DNA of 64,000 nt from positions 25,482,001-25,546,000 of the forward strand of contig NC_092347.1 of NCBI RefSeq assembly GCF_963676685.1, read 5' to 3'. The notes beneath the pieces were generated by a model that saw only the letters and a list, made by a program, of their open reading frames with translations, did not search any database and had not been told where the DNA came from. Each line of letters opens with the position of its first letter. Position 1 is the first letter of the stretch. Positions 39,163 through 50,776 of the stretch are shown piece by piece. The position numbers and the translations under genes are program-made. The DNA is from Mytilus edulis. Its lineage: Eukaryota.

Positions 39163-42100
39163 ATTATAAAACTGGACAAATAAAAGTCACATTTTATGTG
39201 ACTGTACTAACTGCACTGTCTGTTATGTTTGTAGTCGGTAAACTTTGACCATTCCTTACAAAGTGGACTTGGATTTCTGTTATATCATTGTATTGTAATA
39301 CTTTTGAAATGTGTCTGCAGAAAATCACTCACTGTTTACCATCATCCTACCAACGATTGTTGATGAAAATTTCTGATGCGGTAAATCAACAAAAAATAAG
39401 ACATGTCTAAATATTATTAAGACGCAAACTATTTTCTTGAATTGAATCAATCAGTTAAAAAAAATGGGATTCTTTGAGAATCTAGAAAAATCAAAAAGAG
39501 CAGAATGATATCACTGCAGACGTCTTGATATTCTGGATAGGAAACACTTTATAGATTGCATCTGTTATTATCAAATTAAAATAAAATTGAAAATGGAAAT
39601 GAGGAATGTGTTAAAGAGACAACAACCCGACCAAAGAGCAGAAATACATGCGTATAAAACAATATTGTACAAATATTTGTAAACATTGGAATACACTGCG
39701 GAATTTCTTGTGTATTTGAAATATTTTATAGTAAAATAAATTCCATTTTTAAGTCTGTTAAGACCTTCGATCATTACAAACAAACAGTATACTAGTAGTT
39801 ATATATATAGTTTTTGGTAATGCATTCCAAGCTGATTAAGAGTCAACATGACGTTATGTAATAGATGAAGGATTGTGTACCCATTTGTCATTATTTCCGG
39901 TACATTAAAAGACCATTCCATTTTTTGACCTGATCAATAATTATAAAATCACCAAATGAAAACATGTTGATACTATAAATTAACTCTCATACACTCAAAG
40001 TATTAAATTCCTTATAGAAATTAAATATAATTTCTTTTGTATAAGTGGAGATTAGGCGAGACATAATCTACTGATTTATAAACTATTTATCTGTTTTATA
40101 TCTGATTTGGTCAGTTGACAATGATATTAAATAAAGATTCATCGAGTCAGATGTCTTGTTCTTATATTATAAAAAAATATTGTTTTATTTTCTGAATTTC
40201 ATATATACCCAGTATATGTTGTTGAATAAGCAATAATGGATTAAAACATAATCATATGTTGCAGTCGCAATGTCGGGGTCGTTATATTTGATTGAATTTG
40301 GATTATTCTTTAAAAAATTGGTATTATAATGTTTTGCTGGTTCACAGGATCTGAAATAAAAGTGGAAAATATGTAAAATGTCTGCTGCATCGTATAAATC
40401 AGAACAATTGATGAAGATGATAAATTCCAATTACGCATAGCGATGTTTTTTGCAATGATCACATCTATGTTAAAATGTTCATGCTCATTCTTGAAAGTGA
40501 ATTGTTTTATTCTCTATAAATAGTTTCGTTCAACTCCGGAACCTATTTGATTGTTCTTGTTCTTATTTGTTTTTATGTGTTGTTATTTGTTTTATCGTTC
40601 TCTGACAGTTAAAATCTATTCCAGTTCTTTTATCGTCTTTATTTGTCTTTGTTTTGTCGTTAGGTTGATGTTTCATTTACGTGAAAGGTCAGTTGTCATC
40701 CTGCCTTCTTTAAGAATATGATTTATCATAATTCTTTTGAAAAAAAACATGAAATAAAATGGCCATAAAAAAATATACATTGATTTCCTTTACAATTTAA
40801 TGTCAAGTGCTGGATTTCATACCCTTTCTTCCTATATAGATATAAGAAGATGTGCTATGAGTGCCAATGAGACAACCTTCTATCCAAGTCATTATCTGTA
40901 AAAGTAATCATACATATATACATGTCATACATGTATAATATCTACAGTAATAGTTTTCTGTTGTTCATCTTTTGGTTATGACTATCATATCCTTTCTTAC
41001 CATATACATGTATAATATCTGCAGTATCAGTTTTCTGTCGTTCATCTTTGGGTGATGAATATATTGGTCAGTCAGTTTTGCAGCGCATGATATCCATTGT
41101 CTTCAACACTAAACAGATTACCGACTTAATATGTTTACTACACGAAGTGATTACTTTCTCTCTCTACATAAATATTTACAACTTAACATGATCTATAAAG
41201 TCTTTAATGAACAAATAAAGGTTTAATATATTTAATAACGACAGCAAAACAATTCAATATTGGTAGATAAGGAGAATATTGACCGCGGACAGGGTGTCCT
41301 TTCTCTCTTTATATTTTAAGGTAAGGATGGTCTTTAAATAGACAGCAGATAGGCAGAAAGCCATTTTTATATTAAATTAGATGTTTATCTCCTTAAAATG
41401 GACGTAGGTGTAAAGCTATATAAGGATTCCTTGATAAACATTTAAACCTATCATTCTAGATAATCTATATTTGAGGTAAGATGTTTCATCACATTCAATA
41501 TCATGTATGCTATTCACTTGACTTAAATATTAGGTTAGGCACTATTCAAATTTGCAAACAAACGGAGGCGTTTAACAGACGGCTTCTTTTTAAACGTAAC
41601 TTTTCTTTCTGTCGGGCAAAGAATAAAAATATAAGCATCAATATATGTATGACCATGATGTTTTCAATGCTGCATATATACTCTGCCATAACGCCGCTGA
41701 TGGTGGACTTTATAGTATAAAGACATTATTCTGTGGATACGTCTGGTTGTTGAATTTTTATCAAAGGATTTATTTTATTATATTAAAAGTCAGTGCTTCG
41801 ATTGCATATAATGGTCTTCAACTTGCATTTTTAATCGAAGATAGTTTTATTTTGGCCTTAAAGTTACGTTGAAATGTTCAATTAAATTTTAAAGAAACAA
41901 ACTCTATAGAGGCGGTAAAATTTCTATAAATCTGTTAGATTGGTCTTTATATATCCTGTTATCATGAATTATACATAAAGTATAGTTACTAATGTTTAAC
42001 CTTTTACCCATACCGTACAATTCGTCTTACCATTCACTAGTCCCAGACATACACATTAAATATTATAATAGATGATTGATATCATATGGATTGGTCAATC

Positions 42101-42747
42101 TTAAATCAAACTAAGAGTTTTTTTTTTAATTCGTTGTCCATTACAAATCTTTTAAAATGGACATTACTTCATGCCATATCTCTATTTTCAATTAATTTAT
42201 CTATATCTAAGTATGACAGGCCATTAATGATTCTCTGAAGTGTTTGTTTGAGGTCCCAGTGATCCACGGCCTTCATATATGATTCAACTTAAGAGAAATC
42301 TTAAAGCATGCCGACATACAAAAAGACTTTTGTTATTTTTACTAATGATCTTTTGACGTCATTAGAGTCATTTGAAAATTTAAATTCTTTCGATTGAAGG
42401 TGGGATTTAAAAGTTGCGTGTTGGACACCCATTCAGTTTCCGCGTTACTTAAATAAACATATAAACATCCGATTCCAATTGGTATACCGCTTCCGATCAT
42501 GTATATATATATAAATATAAAGCAATTTTGTCATGATCAGTTTAAATTTATTGAATTGCAGAGGAATACTTATTTCATATATTTAAAGTAAACTTAATGT
42601 AAGTAGGGTAATAACATCTCTTGCAATTTCTTCTATATTTTGTACAAAGATTTGTTTTTATCACAGCATCAAGGAATTCTTGCAATTTTTTTAATACATC
42701 ATTGTAAATATGCTTTTTATTGAACTGTTGATTCCATTTCATTGCAG

Positions 42748-42800
42748 ATTGCATTTCTACACAGAGTTACCAACTTTGCTGTTCAAAAATTATTTAAAAG
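42748..42800 (+). other. Probable 5'UTR exon of the 43445-44740 gene
   Basis: Acceptor ttccatttcattgcAG and donor aag|GTAAGT. Contains a TAA in frame with the downstream CDS when spliced to 43418. Confidence 0.65.
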
Positions 42801-43444
42801 GTAAGTTAGAAAGTTATATTTAATATTGAAATAGAAATAATGAAAAAAATCGGTATTTTTAATCTTTTATATAACAGTAGGCTGTTTTGTCAAGAAGGTA
42901 ATATAAAACAGGTAAAATTAAACGAACAACTTTATCCATTTGCTTACGTTTTTGCACGTCATGCAAACATCACACGTATTGATGATACGGTGGAAATTTT
43001 ATTTAATTAAGAGTATATGATAATCTTGAAGATTTGGAAACCTTAAATTAGTACAAAACTCTGTGTGCGGTATTTAACTTTCAGATAGGATAAAAATCGT
43101 TACGATGACAAGAATATTTTCCAATATAGGACACAGCTGGAAAGAGAACGAACATGTCTTAGGAGTAAAATGCTGATAATGTAAACACGACCCTTATGGT
43201 CATAGAATTTTATTTGATGACAAACTGATTATGTCGGTATAAAGGGATCAAATTTTCCAATAACGTCTTAAAGTTATCTTATGTGAGTTAAAGAGAAAGG
43301 GATATACCATAAAGGTAGATTTCATTATGATAGAAATACAAAGCAGATGAGTACATACAATTTATTTTACATTTTCATAGTAAAATAATTTAATCTATTA
43401 ATATGATATACTTTCAGTTAACGTCATTACCTCCAAGTGGAAAC

Positions 43445-44740
43445 ATGCAACCAAAGATTCCACTCATTCTGTCACGGCCACACGTGTGGTCTCATAATAC
43501 AAATTATGTTGGTGCAGTCGGCCTACACAGTGAAAATAGCTCAGCTGCACGTGCTCGAACACTCAGTATAGATAAACGTTTGAATAAAGTCATATCTGTG
43601 CTAAAAGACATGGAAAGGAAGGATATACGAAAGATTGAAAAATCTAAACGTGACATAGAGAAATCTATGTTAGTATACACTGAAAAAATGAAACAAATAA
43701 ATGCTTCTAAGCGACAAATTGCTAAATCCCCCGAACAATCAGATTCCAATAGTAGTCATTCGACATCGACTCTTGCCTCACCTGGCAGTTCTCCCGGAAG
43801 TGATAAATATTCACCTAGAACACGGAATGTGTCTCCGGTTAAGAGTCGCAGAGTGTCTCTTCCTAAAATTGGACTTAGTACACCAAGAAACATTAATAAG
43901 AGAAGACTGTCTAGTGTTTCCGACAGTGAAGCATTGCCTAATTCATTAAGTCAAAACAGATCACGATTATTGCAAGAAACCTCATCACGGTCGTTAACTT
44001 TTAGTGAAAATAAAGAATCTGATAAACCGAAGAATAAAACAGAAGATTGTGAAGATAACCATATCGAAATAAGTCCGTTTCCATTTGAATCTTTTGATTA
44101 CGGTAACTTGAAATATGGCACTGATGAAAAACCTACTATTTCGCAAAGGGATCGGCTACACAGAAAAAGAATTAACTACAGACAATTTCAAGATGAAAAA
44201 GAGTTTGAACGTCAACGTATACTTATGAAGAAAAAACAATTACCTGAGAGTGATCCTTTTGACCACAGGAAAGATATTTTACGTCAGCAGGCGGAAAATA
44301 AACGCGCTGCACTGCTTTTAGAGAAAGCAAGACAAGAAGCAGTCAAAAATAAGAAAGATGTGTGTAATTCTTTCTGTTACTCTTTTGCAATGGAAGAACT
44401 TATGAAAAAGTCTGATCCATTGGCATACATTGCTTCAGAAAAAGACTTCATATCTAAAGTAGAAGTTGATAAAAATGGTACAATTAAACAAACACTCGGT
44501 CCTGCTGTGTTGACAATCATTGGTGTTGATGAATTAAAAAATTATCAGGGAATGAGAATAAAATGGTCTGCAAAATACCGATCACATAATATAGAAGAAA
44601 ATGAACAGTCTGGAGATAGTTTTCTTCCACCAATAACAGTTGGAGGACAACAATATAATTTATCACGCGAGACCACGCGGGAGCATGAAAATCTCCATAT
44701 TCATAGACTAGATACTCAGTCAACCATATCAGTAAGTTAA
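43445..44740 (+). CDS. Uncharacterised ~431-aa Ser/Lys/Arg/Glu-rich protein with predicted coiled-coil segments
   Basis: The only long ORF (1.3 kb) in AT-rich DNA. The acceptor tactttcAG at 43416-43417 makes the track's ATG at 43403 intronic, so the likely start is aacATGc at 43445 (MQPKIPLIL...). No transposon motifs. Confidence 0.85.
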   Translation: MQPKIPLILSRPHVWSHNTNYVGAVGLHSENSSAARARTLSIDKRLNKVISVLKDMERKDIRKIEKSKRDIEKSMLVYTEKMKQINASKRQIAKSPEQSDSNSSHSTSTLASPGSSPGSDKYSPRTRNVSPVKSRRVSLPKIGLSTPRNINKRRLSSVSDSEALPNSLSQNRSRLLQETSSRSLTFSENKESDKPKNKTEDCEDNHIEISPFPFESFDYGNLKYGTDEKPTISQRDRLHRKRINYRQFQDEKEFERQRILMKKKQLPESDPFDHRKDILRQQAENKRAALLLEKARQEAVKNKKDVCNSFCYSFAMEELMKKSDPLAYIASEKDFISKVEVDKNGTIKQTLGPAVLTIIGVDELKNYQGMRIKWSAKYRSHNIEENEQSGDSFLPPITVGGQQYNLSRETTREHENLHIHRLDTQSTISVS

Positions 44741-45469
44741 ATGGTTGATGGTGTTTTATCTGTAATGTAAATTGTTGGTTGGTTTCTAAATGTAATGAGG
44801 TTAGATACGGACAAAACAGTAATGCATGCTCTGAACTACGCAAAATAAGCATTGGGTTGCTGTCTCATTGATATGTAATCTAGATCTCCTTTATTCAAGA
44901 TAATAAGTATCGAGAGAAGGTTCGGTTACAAAACGTTGTCGGTTCCAAAAAATTAACTTGCCATTATATGCTTTAAAAATGTTGGAATACGTGAAGCACA
45001 AAATATTGGGTCACTTGTTCACACTTACAGCAGTTCACATAAGGACACTGTTTGACATGCATCTAACCTCAATGATGTATATTTGGTGGAGTTGATAGTT
45101 TTGAAGAATTCAGGGATATACTAACATTTAAACTTAGTGTTGGTGCTGGTTAAAGTATTGCTTGAATAGTTATAATTCTGCAATTCAATTTTACAAAATT
45201 CCTATAAACCAATTATACTTGTGTTTGTATACGGGTTACATCTGATAGTTTATATTTAAAAAAATTAAGAACAAAATATTTCAGTTCATGTTATTCAAAA
45301 TGTAAATAAGGAAAATATATACTGGTATTTTAACTGTTAGGGGTCCTTGTTTATTTTCACAAAAGTTTGGTTTTCAAGGGGCTGATATTTCAATCTTTTA
45401 GTACATTTCGAAAAAGAATTGAGCCATCAGAAAATTCAAACGGAGATAACAACACATATAACTTTTAGT

Positions 45470-46780
45470 TTCTTTTCTACCTTTTTGGTTTCGATTCGAA
45501 TGAAAAGATATTGAATTTAAAAATGTCAATAAATGTAATTTTTTTTTATAATGATGATTTGTATCTCGCTTTGTTATTCATTTCATTTTCGACTGAAATG
45601 AGTAATATTTTACGATTATATAAGATTTGAATCGCACAATTGTACTTACTGCCTTGTAAATCTCGTTGACCGAGATTTGTATTTACATTTTAAGTCTTTT
45701 TGTTGTATTTCACTACAAGGTGGGTATAATAGCTATATAATTGTAGTCTGTTCGTTTTGACAGAAGTATTCATATGCGAGCAATGATTGAACAAAGGTTA
45801 CATGATCTTACATGTAATATTTTTACGTTAATTTTCACAAATATCAGTTTCTCAGTTGTCGGATAATTCAATGTCTTAGTTCAGAAGACTACCAGACAAA
45901 CTTTACGTTGATTATAGCACACAATATCTTTTTCCTTTTTGGTTTCGATTCGAATAAAAAGATATTATATGCAAATATGCCAATAGCTGTGATTATACTT
46001 TTATTACGATTTGTATCTCAATTTGTTATTCATTTCCTTTTTTCGACTGAAATGAGTAAAATTTTGCGATTGTAAAAGAATGAAATTGTATAATTTTAGT
46101 GTTTGCCTTGTAAATTTCGTTGACAGAGATGGTTATTTATATTTTTTTGTCTTTTCGTTATATTTTACTACAAGGTGTGTGTTTACTAGAAATAGGATTG
46201 TAGTCTATTTGACAGAAATATTGATTTAACTAATCTTATTTTAAAGTTACATGTACCATTCATATATTTATTTTCACACAGATACCGTTTTCAGTTGTCT
46301 TATATTTAAATCTTTTAGTTAATTTCGAAGAAGAACATGAAAGATTTCAATTTGACCATCCGACAAATTTTACGTTGGTCACACAATGTCTTTTCCTTTT
46401 TTTTGGTTTCGATTCGAAAGAAAAGATAAATTCATTTTTTTTGGAAAGATGTGAATTAATTAAAGTGATTTATTAAACAAAATAATAATATCGCCTTGCT
46501 ATTTATTGCAGTTTCGTTGCTTGTGTATTTGGATGAAATTTGAAATATTGTTTTGATTAAATAAGAATTAATTCGTCAAGCACGGGTTAATGCCTTATAA
46601 ATATTGTTTTGATCAAATAAGAATTAATTCGTCAAGCACGGGTTAATGCCTTATAAATATTGTTTAAGAAGATGTAAATTTATTTCCATATATTTGATCA
46701 CAAGGCGTAATTAATATAATATAAGTGGCTTTTTTCTTTGATAGAATTATTCAAATGCTAGTTGTGATTGAACCAAGGTC
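45470..46780 (+). repeat. Three diverged tandem copies of a ~460-bp unit; the third contains a 56-bp tandem duplication
   Basis: ggtttcgattcgaa at 45487, 45941 and 46405; 46543-46598 repeated from 46599. Confidence 0.8.
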
Positions 46781-49700
46781 ATTTTCAATTATATATAAAC
46801 CATTTATAAGTATGTGTTTTATGTTTTATTTCACAACGTAAACTAGTTGAGATGCTATCAGTAACTTTGATATGGTGTGTAAATACAATTAAGGAAATTG
46901 AAATTAATTTAAAATAACAGTTAACTTTAATGGCATGAAAAAGGAAATTCAATTTCACTTGATACTTTTAACTTTTAAAACCGTTTCTTATTAAATTTAA
47001 TTACTGTATCACCTTTGACCAATCTATATTTAACTTAATTTGCAAATAAATATGATAGTCTACATTGTACAAAATTTACTTTTTAAACGATTTGTATTTG
47101 AAATCAGTTATTTAGATTAAAAACTTATCTTCAATTCACTAACATTTAATTTCAGAAAAAGAAACAAAATAGGCGGCGAAAACTCAAGGCTGCTATGTCT
47201 TCCAAAGGATAGTTTAACTGTGATATATGATTATGTATTGAATCTCATAATTGTCAATAAATATAAAGTATACAATTACATATTTGCTTCTTTCTTTTTG
47301 TCTCAACAATTTTGAGAGAAAGTTGTTGCACATGACGCACCATCACTTTTTGTTATTCTCCATGTCCACTTCTCTTGGTCGTATTTCATCCGAATTTCTC
47401 CACGTCTTTCTTTGAACGGATGTCTCTTGGACTCACTTTATTCCTGCTTTTCTTTGTCTCACTCCATTCGGACTCCATGCCATATTGATTGCATTCAAAC
47501 TCTCATGTCTGTTTGTTCTAAGAAACCTTTACCTGATGCTGACCCGCGACTCAAATGTTTTCCCCGATAGACCTTTTTATTTTATTTAGTTTTTAGCATG
47601 CTTTAGTATGATAATTCATAATTAGTACATATATAATTGCATATCTTTTCGTATGTCTTTATGGTACCAAAAGGCAAAATTCATGTTTATGAAAGCGTCG
47701 TTATTCATTTATTTTGCAGTGTTTCATAACTTTAAATGTTTTGCAAGTACCTTTGTCCCATTGTATGCTTACAAGGAGACAGAAGATACCTATAGGATAT
47801 TCAAACTCATATGTCTAATAAAAATATCAATGCCAAGATAAAAAACCTAAAAACGACGGAAAAACAGACAACAGTTCACTAAACACAATATTTAAACTAA
47901 GCATGAGGAACACACACTTAATCAAAAACCAGGGATGTTCCGGAAGGGTATGAAGATCCTGCTCTACATGTTGCACTGGTCTTGCTGCTCATGTAAGTAC
48001 GAACCAGATGATAGGTCTAATCTGTAGGTCAAAGGCCAAAAAAACAGGACGGGATTGTGGTTAAAACAAATAGAACATATCTGTCTTTATCTGTGAAGCA
48101 GATCTTTCATAACGGTATTCAAATGATAAAGCTAGCTTCTTTTCACTCTTACGATCGTGCCTGTTTTGAGTCAGCATCATATGAATACATGAACAAGTCG
48201 ACAGTTTGTTCCCATAGACATGTTGATTGTCTGTTGAAAACCTCGTCCTCCAAATGTTTCTAATAACTGCAAGAGAGTATTGAAACGATGATCCCCAATC
48301 TACAAAGCATCGAGAAAATACTACGGGCTTTAGTTGACTCCTTAATAATAATGAACACTAATTCAGTGAAATGGCCGCCACACTGAGCTCAGAATCATGA
48401 CTGAACAACAATTTAAAATAAAAACACACAAGACTAACAACGACTGTAGGTTCCTGACTTGTGACAGGCACAAAACAGGCAAGGGGTTAAACATGTATTC
48501 ATCATATGAAAATCAACAACAATCTTTCCCCTTAGGGGATTAGTGTCATGATATTACAAATAATACGAGAAGAACATGACGCATATCATGACATCACTTT
48601 ATTACTTTCTTAAAATTGTGGTATTCTATACATTTATTTGTTTTATAGTGATTAAGATTATATCACAATGTGGACTGCTGTTCCCCAATTGTTGAAAATT
48701 TTATCTATTGTTTTTATTCACACATCGCTGTCATTTTAATTCTATGCGATTGTCATACAAGAAAGACGTATCGCTAGCTATACAACCTGGTTTAACCCAC
48801 CATTTTCTATGTAAGAGAATGTATGTATCAAGTTAGGAATATGACAGTTGTAATTCATTCGTTTGATGAGTTTGTGCGACTGACTTTGCCATTTGATTAG
48901 TGACTTTCAGTTTTGAAATTTCCTCGTGCGGTATTTTGGTGATTTTACTTTAGAATATGACTATCCAGGCAACTGTTCTGTTATATACTTGATATACTTG
49001 ATATCCTTGTTGTTCAATCTGCAATGTGACTTGATCTTGTTTTGCCATCGTTCTATATATTGGGTAATTTCTATGCTATCCCAATTTTTGTTTTGGAATT
49101 TTCTTATTTTATAAGGTGTTTCGATAGAAAAGAATACATCAAAACAAATTCAAACAATGAAATACAACACATTACAGAAAGAAACCGAGGTAAGAAATCA
49201 TGACCAGCACTGAGGCATGGTGATAGCGCATTACAAACTTCTTGGTGAGTAAGTCGAGAAAAATTAAATAGGGGCGAACATTAGATGATTTCACCAATAT
49301 AAAACTTGGTAATACACGAACAGCACGAACATTTATAGAACCATCAATGAATGCCATGACAAAATTTATTTGATAAATAGAATATAATGAATTAAAGTAT
49401 GGTGATGCGTCTTTCCTAGTTTGTGATTTATCACCAGATGTGTACTAACATGACCAACACAATGTGTGCCACTTGTAGAGCATGATCTGTTAACCATTCT
49501 TGAGCACATGCAATCACCCCCGGTTTTTGGTGGTGTTCTTGCTGCTCAGTATTCATTTTTCTATGTTGTGTTTTGTATACTATTGTTTGTTTTTTGTTCA
49601 TTTTTTTTGCCATGTCATTGTCAATTTATTTTCGAGCCCATTTGCTATAGTTTGCCCCTCTTGAATAACCATGCGGAACCGACGAGTGTGACACGTGCAA

Positions 49701-49829
49701 CAGTAAAAGTTTATCTCTCCGTGGCAGTTAACATGAGACGTCTCGTATGGCGATTTGTTTTGCTCTTGGAAAAGTGTAGTCCATTATCTATTGGCATATT
49801 GTAGTAATAATAGTACTGTCATAGAGTTC

Positions 49830-50130
49830 TATTTTTACTCTTGGCGTTGGTAGATCTTTTTACTGCTGGAATGTTGTAGCCTTTTTACTGTAGGCATGTT
49901 GTAGTCTTTTTACTGTAGGCATGTTGAAGTCTTATTGCTATTGACACGTGGTGGTATTTTTACTGCTGCCATGGTGTAGTTTGTTTTACTCTTGACTTGG
50001 TGTAATCTTTCACGTTTCGTTATATTGCAAGTCTTCGGTTTTTAGGCATGATCATTTTAGCGCGTTTCCTTATTGTTCGCTAGCTTGATTCATCTTATTG
50101 TTCGCTGGCTTATTGTTCGCTAGCTTGAGT
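49830..50130. repeat. Degenerate ~25-27-bp minisatellite followed by a short cttattgttcgct(a/g)gctt array
   Basis: tttttactgtaggcatgttgtagtc variants about 6 times; cttattgttcgct three times. Confidence 0.75.
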
Positions 50131-50226
50131 CTGGTTAATAGTGTTACGGGTTTCTATTACCTCCTTGCTATATTCAATTCCATCAGTATCAAGTCTACGA
50201 GTAATAATATTGAAATGAGACACTTT

Positions 50227-50776
50227 ATATTCCAGCAGCACCTGCATACAGGGTATATATCTCCCAATTGATACGCTATTCCCGTGCTTGCGTTTCCTAT
50301 CATGATTTTCTTGATAGAGGGTTACTGCTCACAAGGAAGCTATTAAACCAAGAGTTCCAAATGGTGAAGTTGAAATCATCCCTTCGTAAATTTTACGGAC
50401 GCCATCACGAGTTGGTTGACCGTTATGGAATAACCGTTTCACAAATGATATCAGATATGTTCCTTACGTCGTAACTACAATCCCCTTCCCTTTCATGAAT
50501 GTGACCTACCGAATTAAGACTATTTACCGACTTTGTAATCACATAAGCAACACGACAAGTGCCACATGTGGAGCAGGATCTGCTTAACCTTCCGGAGCAC
50601 CTGAGATCACCCCTAGTTTTTGATGGGGTTCGTGTTGTTTATTCTTTAGTTTTCTATGTTGTGTCATGTGTACTATTGTTTTTCTGTTTGTCTTTTTCAT
50701 TTTTAGCCATGGCGTTGTCAGTTTGTTTTAGATTTATGAGTTTGACTGTCCCTTTGGTATCTTTCGTCCCTCTTTT
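50227..50776 (+). mobile_element. 5'-truncated Penelope-like element: RT thumb/C-terminus plus 3'UTR
   Basis: IPAAPAYRVYISQLIRYSRACVSYHDFLDRGLLLTRKLLNQEFQMVKLKSSLRKFYGRHHELVDRYGITVSQMISDMFLTS* (stop at 50474). Confidence 0.85.

Noticed and set aside
39157-39173. 17-nt exact match to about 15367 (gtttacattataaaact)
   Set aside because: Plausible by chance in 64 kb of AT-rich DNA; the flanks do not align.
43403-43444. ATG at 43403 as the start of the 445-aa ORF
   Set aside because: It lies upstream of a good splice acceptor (43416-43417), so it is probably intronic. ATG 43445 is preferred.
49466-49804. Hydrophobic short ORFs such as 49466-49804, 50559-50780 and 59718-60068
   Set aside because: They are translations of repeat 3'UTRs or retrozyme bodies, not genes.
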